In this document: positions 38,165 to 49,625 of the stretch, piece after piece
How positions within the stretch are numbered: position 1 is the first letter of the stretch
How the letters are laid out: each line of letters starts with the position of its first letter
Assembly: GCA_039096225.1 (NCBI GenBank)
Contig: JBBPEB010000009.1
Location: forward strand, 868,001 to 932,000
DNA length: 64,000 nucleotides
From: Blastocystis sp. Blastoise
Lineage: Eukaryota > Protista > Bigyra: Opalinata
Direction of reading: 5' to 3'
Notes under the pieces: model-generated
Seen by the model: the letters and a program-made list of their open reading frames with translations, nothing else
The model's database searches: none
Told to the model about the DNA's origin: nothing
Program-made: the position numbers and the translations under genes

Positions 38165-38962
38165 ATGCAAAGTAATTTAGGAGATAGTGTAACTCTATAT
38201 GATATTTTATCAAGAAATCAGAAAAAACAATCTTGGGATCCATGGTTACCAAATTCATATATTTGTCAAGATGAACAACCTGTACAACCATTAGCACATG
38301 ATCCTAATGCACAAGGATCTATGTATAGTTCAATGGCAGTTCAAGCATTAAGAAATCATGGTCAATCACCTGAAGATATGTTTATAGCTACTATGAATTC
38401 AGCTAAAGCTAATGGTGATACCAATAGATATACATCCATGTTATCTCAATGGCAAACGAATTATGGTATTCCTACTACAAGTAAGATATGGTATGATGCT
38501 AGTAATCCTAATAACTATCAATATGAAAAACTTATTCATACTGTAAGAAATCCTAATGAAGACTATACAGTGAAACCACAACCAGAATCCATGAATTCTA
38601 ATTTCACTGAAGAACAACCCAAACCAGAACCTGAAAAGAAACCTGAACACGAAAAGAAACCAGCTAAAGAACCTGAAACTAAACCTGAAACTGAAAAGAA
38701 ACCATCTAAAGAAGATGATAATACTCCAAAGAAATTTGAATTCGATATGAATTTACAACAAGATACCGACGAAAAAACATATTATAACGCCACTTATGGA
38801 AAGTATAAATTCAAATGGTATACTGATGGACCTATTGAATGCACCAATAGTGATGTTTTTGGAAATAATAATATATTCTACAAAAATAAAACATTATTTG
38901 TTGAAGCTAATGATAAATCAATGAATATTGACGATTATTTAAAAAATACTCATAATAATTAA
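38165..38962 (+). CDS. Hypothetical viral protein with KPE repeats
   Basis: 265-aa ATG ORF with a PEPEKKPEHEKKPAKEPETKPE linker. Confidence 0.65.
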   Translation: MQSNLGDSVTLYDILSRNQKKQSWDPWLPNSYICQDEQPVQPLAHDPNAQGSMYSSMAVQALRNHGQSPEDMFIATMNSAKANGDTNRYTSMLSQWQTNYGIPTTSKIWYDASNPNNYQYEKLIHTVRNPNEDYTVKPQPESMNSNFTEEQPKPEPEKKPEHEKKPAKEPETKPETEKKPSKEDDNTPKKFEFDMNLQQDTDEKTYYNATYGKYKFKWYTDGPIECTNSDVFGNNNIFYKNKTLFVEANDKSMNIDDYLKNTHNN

Positions 38963-39052
38963 TGATACTATTAATATACTAACTATATAATATAAATAAT
39001 TTCTTTTTTTTTTGTTTTGTTTTAAAATTCATAATTATTTTATTAATTTAAA

Positions 39053-40537
39053 ATGATACAAAGTGCTCGTTTAAATGTTTCAAATAAAGGATTAGTAGGC
39101 GTAAATCATCGTGCTACTGGTCATGAATATCGAAATTATATTGTTCCAGGATCTATTCCTGATGGAGAAGAACGTTATCCAATTAATTATTCTATTGCTC
39201 CAAATTCATTATATGCTGTTAAGAAAATTGAAAGTAATATGGTCAATAGAGCAACATCCAATCCATTTTTCTCCTATTTATCAGAAACCAGACAAGATAT
39301 TATACAAAGTTCCTTAGAAGAATCAGAAGAAAGTGAACCAATAGATGAAGGATCTGGGTTATTACCTGATGGTAGAATTCCGAAGAACTTTACAAGAAAA
39401 CTCATTTATGCTCATGATTATGTCTTACCTTATATGAAACAAAATCATATGTCTGATTATGCTAAATATTCAAGATTATTAAATCCTCGTACAATTGATA
39501 GTGCAATTGATTTTACTAAAAGAGATCGTGATGGTTATTTATATTCTAGAGGTGGTAATTTATTTTCTAATATTTATCACACTGTAAGTGATGTATACAA
39601 TGTGTCTGATAAATTAACTGGAGGTATTAATAATATCACTCATGGAATAAGTAATGCTGTTGATTATGGTGCAAATAAATTCAAAGATCTCAAGAATTGG
39701 TGGAGAGATATTAATGTTGATCCAAAAGAAGGATTCAATGATATTAAAGGAAAACTTGTAAGTGATAGAAATAATTTATATGATAATTGGAAATTAACTG
39801 ATGATAATGAAGCTAAGAAAAAGAATAAATTATTAGCTGATAACTATTTTAGATTTGCTCATATGTCAGGTAATGATACGAAACAACAAAGACTTAACAA
39901 AAGTAAATCTTTAGAAGATCAAGCAAAAACATTTCATGAAAATTATATTCCCTATGCAGAAAACCCAACATTCGTTAATAAAGTTGTTAATACTGCAACA
40001 AATGTATCAAAACCTGTGTATAATGGTGTTAAGAAAGTTGCAAACTCTGTTGTTAGTGGTGTAAAGAATTTATTTAATACCTTTTCTGGATATTACTATG
40101 GTAAAAACCCAGAGGACGAAATACCACAAACAGAAAATTCAATAGAAACAAATAATAATGTTATACCAACTTCTTCATCTACTCCTGATACTCTAACACA
40201 AGAAAATATTCATAATATTACTATTGAAGATTCAAATCCTCCAAATTTAATTCCTCTTATGAATGATCCTACTGTTCCTTTACCTGATACTGTTCCAATG
40301 TCTCAAGCAATAACGAATAAATTCACTCCAAATATTACACCTGTAGCCCCTATTCCTAATCCAGTAGAAAATGTCACTCTTGAAAATAAAAGAAATAAAA
40401 AAGAAGATGATGAATTTCAATCATTTGATGAAGATGATGGTGAGGTATTTTATGATCTCGAAGAAGGTAATGGATTACGTAGAAAAAGACGTATTTCAAA
40501 AAATAAAAAATTAAGAAATAAACGTAGAAAACATTAG
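39053..40537 (+). CDS. Hypothetical viral core-like protein (acidic patch, then basic tail)
   Basis: 494 aa; GSGL, RGGN and GNGL motifs; C-terminal RRKRRISKNKKLRNKRRKH. Confidence 0.65.
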   Translation: MIQSARLNVSNKGLVGVNHRATGHEYRNYIVPGSIPDGEERYPINYSIAPNSLYAVKKIESNMVNRATSNPFFSYLSETRQDIIQSSLEESEESEPIDEGSGLLPDGRIPKNFTRKLIYAHDYVLPYMKQNHMSDYAKYSRLLNPRTIDSAIDFTKRDRDGYLYSRGGNLFSNIYHTVSDVYNVSDKLTGGINNITHGISNAVDYGANKFKDLKNWWRDINVDPKEGFNDIKGKLVSDRNNLYDNWKLTDDNEAKKKNKLLADNYFRFAHMSGNDTKQQRLNKSKSLEDQAKTFHENYIPYAENPTFVNKVVNTATNVSKPVYNGVKKVANSVVSGVKNLFNTFSGYYYGKNPEDEIPQTENSIETNNNVIPTSSSTPDTLTQENIHNITIEDSNPPNLIPLMNDPTVPLPDTVPMSQAITNKFTPNITPVAPIPNPVENVTLENKRNKKEDDEFQSFDEDDGEVFYDLEEGNGLRRKRRISKNKKLRNKRRKH

Positions 40538-40611
40538 TTAATTTTAATTTATTTTATTTATTATTATTTTAAAAAACTAAACAATTTGTTTTGTTATTTA
40601 TAAAAATTAAT

Positions 40612-40782
40612 TTAAAAATCAATAAAATTCTTGATATAATCTTCATATTCATCATCTTCACTTACAGTATGAAAACTGTCCATATCAGAATCACTATCAC
40701 TTAATTCATCAACTTCAAAATTTCCATAAGGTTTCCAAGTACCTTCTTTATAATCTGGAGCAAATTGCTTTGGAGAATCCAT
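40612..40782 (-). CDS. Small acidic viral protein (56 aa) downstream of the right-TIR HSE array
   Basis: ATG 40782; HSE array at 40829-40866 upstream; TGTTTAGTT downstream (40575-40583). Confidence 0.55.
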   Translation of the reverse strand: MDSPKQFAPDYKEGTWKPYGNFEVDELSDSDSDMDSFHTVSEDDEYEDYIKNFIDF

Positions 40783-40828
40783 AATAAATAGTATAAAAAT
40801 AGAAAAAAACGCATAATACAATTTGTTA

Positions 40829-41723
40829 TTCTAGAAGTTTCGAGAATGTTCTAGAATGTTCTAGAAAATTGATATACATCCCGCCACATAAAACCACTGG
40901 AACACAATTAGTTTCCCCAGTTTCCCCAATATAATTGTGTTTTTGTGTTCCAAAATCCCTCATTTTTACATTTTTAAGCAATTTGATTGGACAATTCACG
41001 ATGACGCATCCTATTTCCATAACGGTCACCCTTGTTTCCAAAAGTCTCTCGTTATAATCGTGGTGGTGGGTACATCTTTTTACAAGACCACACCACCACC
41101 AGCTTTTCTTTCACCCACTATAAATACATACCTTGATCACTTTACTCTTTTTATATATTTTTTTTTATGATTATCATGACTTTTTATATTATTTATTGAT
41201 CACTATACATACATTTTTATTTTTATATATTCCCGTGATTATTTTTATTATTTCTTTTTAGATAGAACCATCCATTTCATCTTTTCTCTATATAAAGGGA
41301 GGGTCGGGGTGTGTGTTTATTTAGCACATTCTGTGCTTCTTTTCGTATTTCTTTCTGTATTCCCGTGATTATTTTACTCACTTTACCAACGATGGAGCCA
41401 TTTCCCATGAATATTCCCTGTAAAGGGGAGGGTGTGAGCGTGTATTTTATTTCTTTTATGATTACTATGAGTTTCTCCTTGATCACTTTACGTTTCACGT
41501 TGGAATCGGAACACAAATAAATTAAAAATAAATAAACATGGGAAAAAATAAATACACACACACACCACCCTACACTCCCATGGTTATTTTACTTCAGAAA
41601 TGTTATTAATTCTTCCGTCGAGAACAAAAAGGGGGGATGACTTCCCCGCTTATGGCTGCGCGCGTCGCGCAGACTCTATGCGGGGTTTGCATACCCCCTT
41701 CTGCAGTTCGAAGAACGGAAGAA
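40829..41723 (-). repeat. Right terminal inverted repeat of the PLV (inner end carries an 8-unit HSE array)
   Basis: Reverse complement of 13515-14408. Confidence 0.95.
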
Positions 41724-41920
41724 TATTAAAAGCAATTGAAATAATATTTTATAAAATATGAAATAGTTTTAATCCTAAAAAAAAATAAAAACAGAAATGA
41801 ATAACAAAAACATAAGAATAAATATTCATTTTTTAAAATTCAATGTAAGATATAACAATTGAGAGATAATAATTATCTAAACTCAAGCGTAGGCTGGCGT
41901 AGCCAGTCGTGAAACGCTTG

Positions 41921-44252
41921 TACCTTCTAAAGAAGGAACAGAAAAATAAGTATCATATCATAACTGACTTGAAGAACCTATATATAATGATAAGATAATT
42001 AATAAATTAAAAAAAAAGAAAGGAAGAAATAAGTATATACCTTTCATTACCTATAATAGAAGACTCGATCAGAATAGAAGGACCTATATATAAATAATAA
42101 ATAAAAATAAACTAAATTAAATTAAAAAAATAGACATACCTTAATTATTAACACCTTCAGCAACCACACACACAACAATAAAAGAACCTATAAAGAAACA
42201 GTAATAGACAAATAATAAATAAAAAAAAATAATAATAAATGAATGACAATATATATATATACCTTTAATACCATAGGAACAGTCTATCTGATCACCAACA
42301 ACATCAACAGCAGTATTGAAAGCATCAGAAGAACCTTCAACACCACACAGACATCTATCATCAACACCACTGTCAACATGCACAGCAACTGAAGAACCTA
42401 TATATATATATAGAAATAATAAAAAAATAATAATAAAATATAAAAATAAATTAAATGATTGGCAACATACCTTCAATACAATAAGAAGAACCTACAATCA
42501 CATCATTAGAACCATTAGCATCATTTAAAACAACAGAAGAACCTATAAATAAATAAAATTAAAAAAATAAAAACAAATCATTGACAACATACCTTCACAG
42601 TTAGCATAGCAGGCAACACCACCACCACTGCATAATTCAAATAACATAGAAGAACCTAAAATAATATAATAAATAATTTAAAAAAAAGAAACGGAAAATA
42701 TATACCTTTAAGACCATCAGAGCAAGTACCACCAAGACCAAGAACATACGCAACTGGATTTTATTGAGTAAAAGAACCTATATACAAATAATAATAAAAA
42801 ATAGATACAATATACCTGAAGGTTTTTGAAAAAAAGCATATTTTTCCATTAAGACACTTCGATCTTGATAGCATCATGCCTTCTGAGGCATCTTAGATAA
42901 TATTTTAATTATAAAAAATAAGTGTTTTCTCTTAATATAAAAATTGTGTTTATATTTCTACTTTTAAAGAATAGGGTCTATTTTAAAAATATGCTTCTTA
43001 AAACTTAATAGAAATTAAAAAACCCTTGAATTTTCATTGATTTATTTACAAAAGTAATAATTGGGTCATTTTCTATTAAAAATATTTAGGGTACCCAAAA
43101 AACATAGTTTTTTACATTTTTTGTATATTTGATTATATTCTTTTATTCTATATATTTTTGTTATATATTTGATGTTTGTTAGTCATTATTATTATATTTA
43201 TTTGTATATATTGATTTATTCATTTAAAATATTTCATTTTCTATAGGATTGTTTTGTATTTGTCTTCGTTATAGTGGTGAAGTGTTCTTGAAGTGGTCTT
43301 GGCTGTGTAAAATGGTTTATTTATGATCAGGTATATAAATATATTATTTATTTCTTAAGATCTGTTTTTCTTTTTGTTAATTCGTTTTTATTATTTATTA
43401 TTTTTATTATCAATATTATTTATTTAGTCTTTACATATAATTTATTCTATATATTATTAATAATTTTTATTCTATAGGAAAGAAACTTCAATGGATGTGT
43501 TGTGGTCTTCGTTGCTAAATATTTTCCTTCTTTAATCTGTCGTTCAAGGTTATTTTAAAGGTATATATTTATATTTTATTTATTATTTTTATTATTTATT
43601 GTTTACATTTTTTTTTATTATTTATTTATTTATTTATTATTTATTTATTCATTTTTTTTTATATGTTTATTTATTTATTAATTATATATATATATATATT
43701 TATATATATATTTATTGTTTATTATTTATTTATTTATTTATTTATTTATTATGTTTATTTATTGTATATAGGTTTAATATTCTTCTTAGTTTTTTTTTTC
43801 TTCTTTCTATCTTCGTTCTTCTTCCTTCTTACTTATTCCTTCTTCCTCATCCTTCCTACTTACTTCTTCTTCCTTCCTTCTTCTTCCTTCTTCCTTCTTC
43901 ATTCTTCCTTCTTCTTTCTGCCTTCTTTCTTTTCATTCTTTACTTCTTCCTCCTTCTTCCTTCTTCATCATTCTTCCTTCATTCTTCGTACTTACTTCTT
44001 ACTTCTCCCTTCTTCTTCACCTTGGTTCTTCATTCTTCTTCCTCCTTCCTTCTTCCTTCTTTCTTCTTCCCCATCCTTGATTCTTCCTACTTCCTTCTTC
44101 CTCATCCTTCTTTCTTCCTTCTTCTTCATCCTTCCTTCTTACTTCTTCATCCTTCCTTCTTCCTTCTTCCTTCCTACTTCCTACTTCCTACTTCCTACTT
44201 CCTACTTCCTCCTTATTATATATCTATATATATATCTATATCTATATCTATA
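41921..44252 (-). mobile_element. Inverted internal fragment of Helitron family A (micro-exon cassette plus pyrimidine tract)
   Basis: Reverse-complement homologue of ~49190-51540. Confidence 0.7.
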
Positions 44253-46193
44253 TCATTACTATATATATGAGAATAGGCAAAAAAATTCCCATTGGTCAGT
44301 TTTTGGAAAATGCATTTGATTGGTTAAGGTATACTATAGTTTGTACCCACAACTCCTCTAAACTTACGGGGAGTTAACTTTTGGTTGAAACACAGTTCAA
44401 TAGGATATAACATGTAGTTGTGCACCATATATTTGGTTAAGCGATATTGTTTATAATTAAAAAGTTATTAATAAAAGAACAGAAAACATGATTTTTGAGT
44501 CGTTTTTGATTGGCTCTTTGGGATCGTCCCGATAAAAATTGTTGACCAGACAATTGGAAAATAAACATGGGGTAAACTTGATTTTTTCTCAATCCCACAA
44601 TATACGTTATCCGTGTTTATTCTTTATATTTATCTATTTTTTAATACTTTTTCATATTGAACACGTGAGGCCTTAACGGTCAAATTTAGATTCTTAATTT
44701 GACATCATATTCTGATTCAGGAGGTCAAAAAACCTAGGTGTACCAATTTTGAGCTCCTGAGGACGATTTTTGAGTGATCGATATTTTCTTTGATCTTCTT
44801 ATAATCGACTAATATTACAGTATTGTAATCAATAGGTCCTCAAACTACTATAGTTAAAACAGAGTCTTAAAATAATGAGTTTGAGTGTCACAATTCTGAA
44901 AAATGTGAATTAAGTGGTCTTAGAGGATAAGATTCAATATAATGACTTTTGTTTAGTAAACTAGAGATAATACTCTATACTATGTTAAAAGGAAAGTCAA
45001 AATTATGATGGTCAAAGTGTATCACCAAATGACAAAATGTGTCTTAAAAAGTAAAAGGGTGTCTATATGTGTTTCAAATGTTAAGTCAAGTCAATTCTAT
45101 GAATAAGAGCTTTAAATAAATAGTTTAAGGTTGTCAAATTCAAAAGAATGTGTAAAACATAGTCTTAAACTATGAATAAAAAATTTAGAGATATTAATTA
45201 GTGTACAGCTGTAGTAGCTCTACAACATATCAAAAGTACAAAGAAAATAATTTTTAGAGAGTGGATGTGTGAAGGGTTGTGACTATTATTTAAAATTTAT
45301 TTTTACTTCAGTTTGAGCAAAATCGTGAATTTCGTGCACTGTAGAAAAATTGAGTCAAAAAATCAACTCTAAGGGTCTTAATTTAAAAAAATGTAAAAAT
45401 GAGTAACTTAGAGGACGAGATTCAATATTTGAGTGTTTATTCATTAAACTAGAGTGTATGATCTATATTATATTAAAAGAAGGGACGAAAATGTTTTGAT
45501 CAAAGTGTATGACCAAATGGTAAAGTGTCTTTAAAAGTGTTATGGTGATGCCAGTTGTGTTTAAGGGTCTAAATCAAGTTTACTCTTAAAATATCAACTT
45601 TAAATAACCAGTTAAAGGTTGTCAATTTGTCAAAATGTTTTAAAGCGTGTCTTAAACAAAGAGATTCAAGAAGTTGACTTTCATTTTATACATAACATGT
45701 ATATATAAACACTTTACTAAAAGAACTTTGGAAAATATTGTGGATGAGTGTTTTGTCAAATGGCAAAGTTGTATCAAGAGTTGATTGTTTCCATTCATTT
45801 TTGTTTAAATCAATGTTTTATGTCTACTCTATAAAAATAACCTTTTAATACTGAGTTTAACGTTTAAAAGTCAACATGTGTGTTTGGTTTGTTTACTTTT
45901 GAGAGTTGAAAATCAGTTTAAAATGATAAATTATGACATACACGTCTATATTGATTGATTCAAACAGTTTTGAGATGACTTAGTTGCTCGAGTTAAAATG
46001 GATTTTGTTCTCATTCTGACTGTTGTTGAGAAGAGGAAGTCTAAAAAAAACTATAAAAAGTTAGATATATGTATGCAATGTCAAAATTGAAAAGTATAAA
46101 GTAAAATGGATTAAAATGAATTTAAAAAAGAGAATATATATATATAATAATAATATGTAAAAAAAAATATTAAAAAACAGGAGAAAAATAACA

Positions 46194-46260
46194 CTTCATG
46201 TCAGGAATTGAACCTGAAAACAATCTATAATGATTGCTTCTCTCCTTCTAGAGCATAAAG
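46194..46260 (-). ncRNA. tRNA-like (mascRNA-like) cloverleaf, subtype 2
   Basis: CTTTATG / CTCT-AGAAGG-AGAG / AAGCAATC-ATTATA-GATTGTTT / TCAGG-TTCAATT-CCTGA / CATGAAG. Confidence 0.6.
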
Positions 46261-46285
46261 GGAGTTTATAAATAATAATAATAAT

Positions 46286-46326
<41 letters not shown>

Positions 46327-49086
46327 GGAATGAAGGAAGTAGGAAGAAAGAAGTAGGAAGTAGGAAGAAAGAAGAAAGAATGAAGAATGAGGAAGAATGA
46401 AGTAGGAAGGATGAGGAAGGATGAGGAAGAAGGAAGAATGAGGAAGGATGTAAAAGTAGGAATGATGAGGAAGAAGGAAGAATGAGGAAGAAGAAGGAAA
46501 AAACAAGGATGAAGGATGAGGAAGAAGGAAGAAGGAAGAATCAAGGATGGGAAAGAAGAAAGAAGGAAGCAGGAAGAAGGAAATGATGAATGATGAAGCA
46601 GGAAGAAGTAGGAAGAAGTAGGAAGAAGTAGGAAGAATGCCAGATGAGGAAGAAGGAAGTAGGAAGAATAAGGAAGACGGAAGAAGGATGAGAAAGAAGG
46701 ATGAGAAAGAAGGAAGAAGTAAGTAGGATGAGGAAGAAGGAAGAATAAGGAAGGAAGAATGACGGATGAGGAAGGAAGGAAGAAAGAAGTAGGAAGGATA
46801 AGAAAGACGGAAGAAGAAAGAAGGAAGAAAGAAGGAAGAAAGAAGTAGGAAGGATAAGGAAGAAGGAAGAAGTAAAATGAAGAAGAAAGAAGGAAGAAAG
46901 AAGAAAAAAGAACAAGAAGACTATAAAACCTATATATAATAGAAAACATATAAAAATAAATAAATAATAAATAAATAATAAATAAATAAATATAATAAAT
47001 AAATAAATAAATAAATATAATAAATAAATAAATATAATAAATAAATATAATAAATATAATAAATAAATATAATAAATAAATAAATAAATATAATAAATAA
47101 ATAAATAAAAAACATAAATAAATAAATAAAAAACATAAATAATAAATAATCATTACTATATATATGAGAATAGGCAAAAAAATTCCCATTGGTCAGTTTT
47201 TGGAGAATGCATTTGATTGGCTACTATATACTATAGTTTGTCGCCGCAACTCCTCTAAACTTACGGGGAGTTAACTTTTGAGTGAAACACAGTTCAATAC
47301 GATATAACGTGTAGTTGTGCACCGTATATTTAGTTAAGCGATATTATTTATAACTAAAAAGTTATTAATAAAAGAACAGAAAACATGATTTTTGAGTCGT
47401 TTTTGATTGGCTCTTTGGGATGACCCCGATAAAAATTGTTGACCAGACAATTGGAAAATAAACATGGGGTAAACTTGATTTTTTCTCAATCCCACAATAT
47501 ACGTTATCCGTGTTTATTCTTTATATTTATCTATTTTTTAATACTTTTTCATATTGAACACGTGAGGCCTTAACGGTCAAATTTAGATTCTTAATTTGAC
47601 ATCATATTCTGATTCAGGAGGTCAGAAAACCTAGGTGTAGCGATTTTGAGCTCCTGAAGACGATTTTTGAGTGATCGATATTTTCTTCGATCTTCTTATA
47701 ATCGACTAATATTGTATCATAGTAATCAATAGGTCATCAGACTACTATAGTAGAAACAGAGTCTTAAAATAATGAGTTTAAGTATGACAATTTTGAAAAA
47801 TGTGAATTAAGTGGTCTTAGAGTGAGAGATTCAATATAATGACTTTTATTTAATAAACTAGAGATAATACTCTATACTATGTTAAAAGAAGAGTCAAAAT
47901 TATGAAGGTCAAAGTGTATGACCAAATGACAAAATGTGTCTTAAAAAGAAAAAGGGTTTGCATATGTGTATAGAATGTTAAGTCAAGTTTATTCTATGAA
48001 TAAGAGCTTTAAATAAATAGTTTAAGGTTGTCAAATTCAAAAGAATGTGTAAAACATAGTCTTAGACTATGAATAAAAAATCTAGAGATATTAATTAGTG
48101 TACAGCTGTAGTAGCTCTACAACATATCAAAAGTACAAAGAAAATAATTTTTAGAGAGTGGATGTGTGAGGTGTTGTGACTATTATTTAAAATTTATTTT
48201 TACTTCAGTTTGAGCAAAATCGTGAATTTCGTGCACTGTGGAAAAATTGAGTCAAAAGGTCAACTCTAAGGGTCTTAAATTTAAAAAAATGTAAAAATGA
48301 GTGACTTAGAGGACGAGATTCAAAATAAGAGCTTTTATTCATTAAACTAGAGTGTATGATCTATATTATGTTAAAAGAAGGGACGAAAATATGTTGATCA
48401 AAGTGTATGACCAAATGGTAAAGTGTCTTTAAAAGTGTTATGATGATGACAGTTGTGTTTATATGTCTGAATCAAGTCTATTCTTTAAATATTAGCTTTA
48501 ACTAATAAGTTAAAGGTTGTCAATTTGTCATAATATTTTAAAAACTATCTTAAACAAAGAGATTCAAGAAGTTGACTTTCATTTTATACATAATATGTCT
48601 ATATAAACACTTTAACAAAAGAACTTTGGAAAATATTGTGGATGAGTGTTTTGTCAAATGGTAAAGTTGTATCAAGAGTGAATTGTTTCCATTCCTTTTT
48701 GTTTAAATCAATGTTTTATGTCCACTCTATAAAAACTATCTTTTAATACTGAGTTTAACGTTTTAAAGTCAACATGTGTGTTTGGTTTGCTTACTTTTGA
48801 GAGTTGAAAATCAGTTTAAATTGATAAATTATGTCATAGACGTCTATATTAATTGATTCAAACAGTTTTGAGATGACTTAGTTGTTTGAGTTAAAATGGA
48901 TTTGTTCTCATTGTGACTGTTGTTGAGAAGAGGAAGTCTAAAAAAACTATAAACAGTTAGATATATGTATATAATGTCAAAATTTAAAAGGTATAATCTA
49001 AAAGAGATAAAAATAAGTTTAAAAAAAGAGAAAATATATATATATATATAATACGTAAAAAATATTAAAGAAAAAGAAAAATAAGA

Positions 49087-49153
49087 CTTCATGTCAGGAA
49101 TTGAACCTGAAAACAATCTATAATGATTGTTTCTCTCCTTCTAGAGCATAAAG
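49087..49153 (-). ncRNA. tRNA-like (mascRNA-like) cloverleaf, subtype 2
   Basis: 7-bp acceptor, 4-bp D-like arm with GG loop, 8-bp AAACAATC/GATTGTTT arm, canonical T arm. Confidence 0.6.
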
Positions 49154-49199
49154 GGAGTTTATAAATAATAATAATAATAATATATATATATATATATAA

Positions 49200-49625
49200 T
49201 AAGGAGGAAGTAGGAAGTAGGAAGTAGGAAGGAAGAAGGAAGAAGGAAGGAGGAAGTTTAAGAAGGAAGGATGAAGAAGTAAGAAGGAAGGATGAAGAAG
49301 AAGGAAGAAAGAAGGATGAGGAAGAAGGAAATAGGAAGAATCAAGGATGGGGAAGAAGAAAGAAGGAAGAAGGAAGGAGGAAGAAGAATGAAGAACCAAG
49401 GTGAAGAAGAAGGGAGAAGTAAGAAGTAAGTACGAAGAATGAAGGAAGAATGAGGAAGAAGGAAGAAGGAGGAAGAAGTAAAGAATGAAAAGAAAGAAGG
49501 CAGAAAGAAGAAGGAAGAAGGAAGAAGAAGGAAGGAAGAATGAAGTAAGTAGGAAGGATGAGGAAGAAGGAAGAAGTAAGAAGGAAGAAGAACGAAGATA
49601 GAAAGAAGAAAAAAAAACTAAGAAG
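49200..49625. repeat. Purine-rich (GAAG/GAAGGA) low-complexity tract; related tracts at ~43790-44210 (inverted), ~46325-46920 and ~56265-56645
   Basis: Directly visible; source of the spurious F/L/S-rich ORFs. Confidence 0.85.

Larger units (their letters stand above)
13515..41723. mobile_element. Endogenous Polinton-like virus (PLV), complete, 28.2 kb including a 3.2-kb Helitron insertion
   Basis: ~895-bp TIRs; TATTAA on both sides; empty site at 62809-62830; dense intronless ORFs with capsid, penton, packaging ATPase, primase-helicase, protease and tyrosine recombinase motifs. Confidence 0.9.
9722..41920 (+). mobile_element. Non-autonomous Helitron-like element family B, copy 1 (~4.0 kb; 9722-13514 + 41730-41920), interrupted by the virus
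   Basis: Collinear with 59007-63012. Homology ends exactly at a GC hairpin (CAAGCGT..GGCTGGC-GTA-GCCAGTC..ACGCTTG) followed by T. No coding capacity. Confidence 0.65.

Noticed and set aside
13515-41723. Classical Maverick/Polinton or giant-virus fragment
   Set aside because: No protein-primed PolB or DDE integrase motifs; both TIRs are present at a size typical of PLVs.
49087-49153. Canonical tRNA gene
   Set aside because: No linker nucleotides or variable loop, and an over-long middle stem with a variable 5-6-nt loop; reported as tRNA-like instead.
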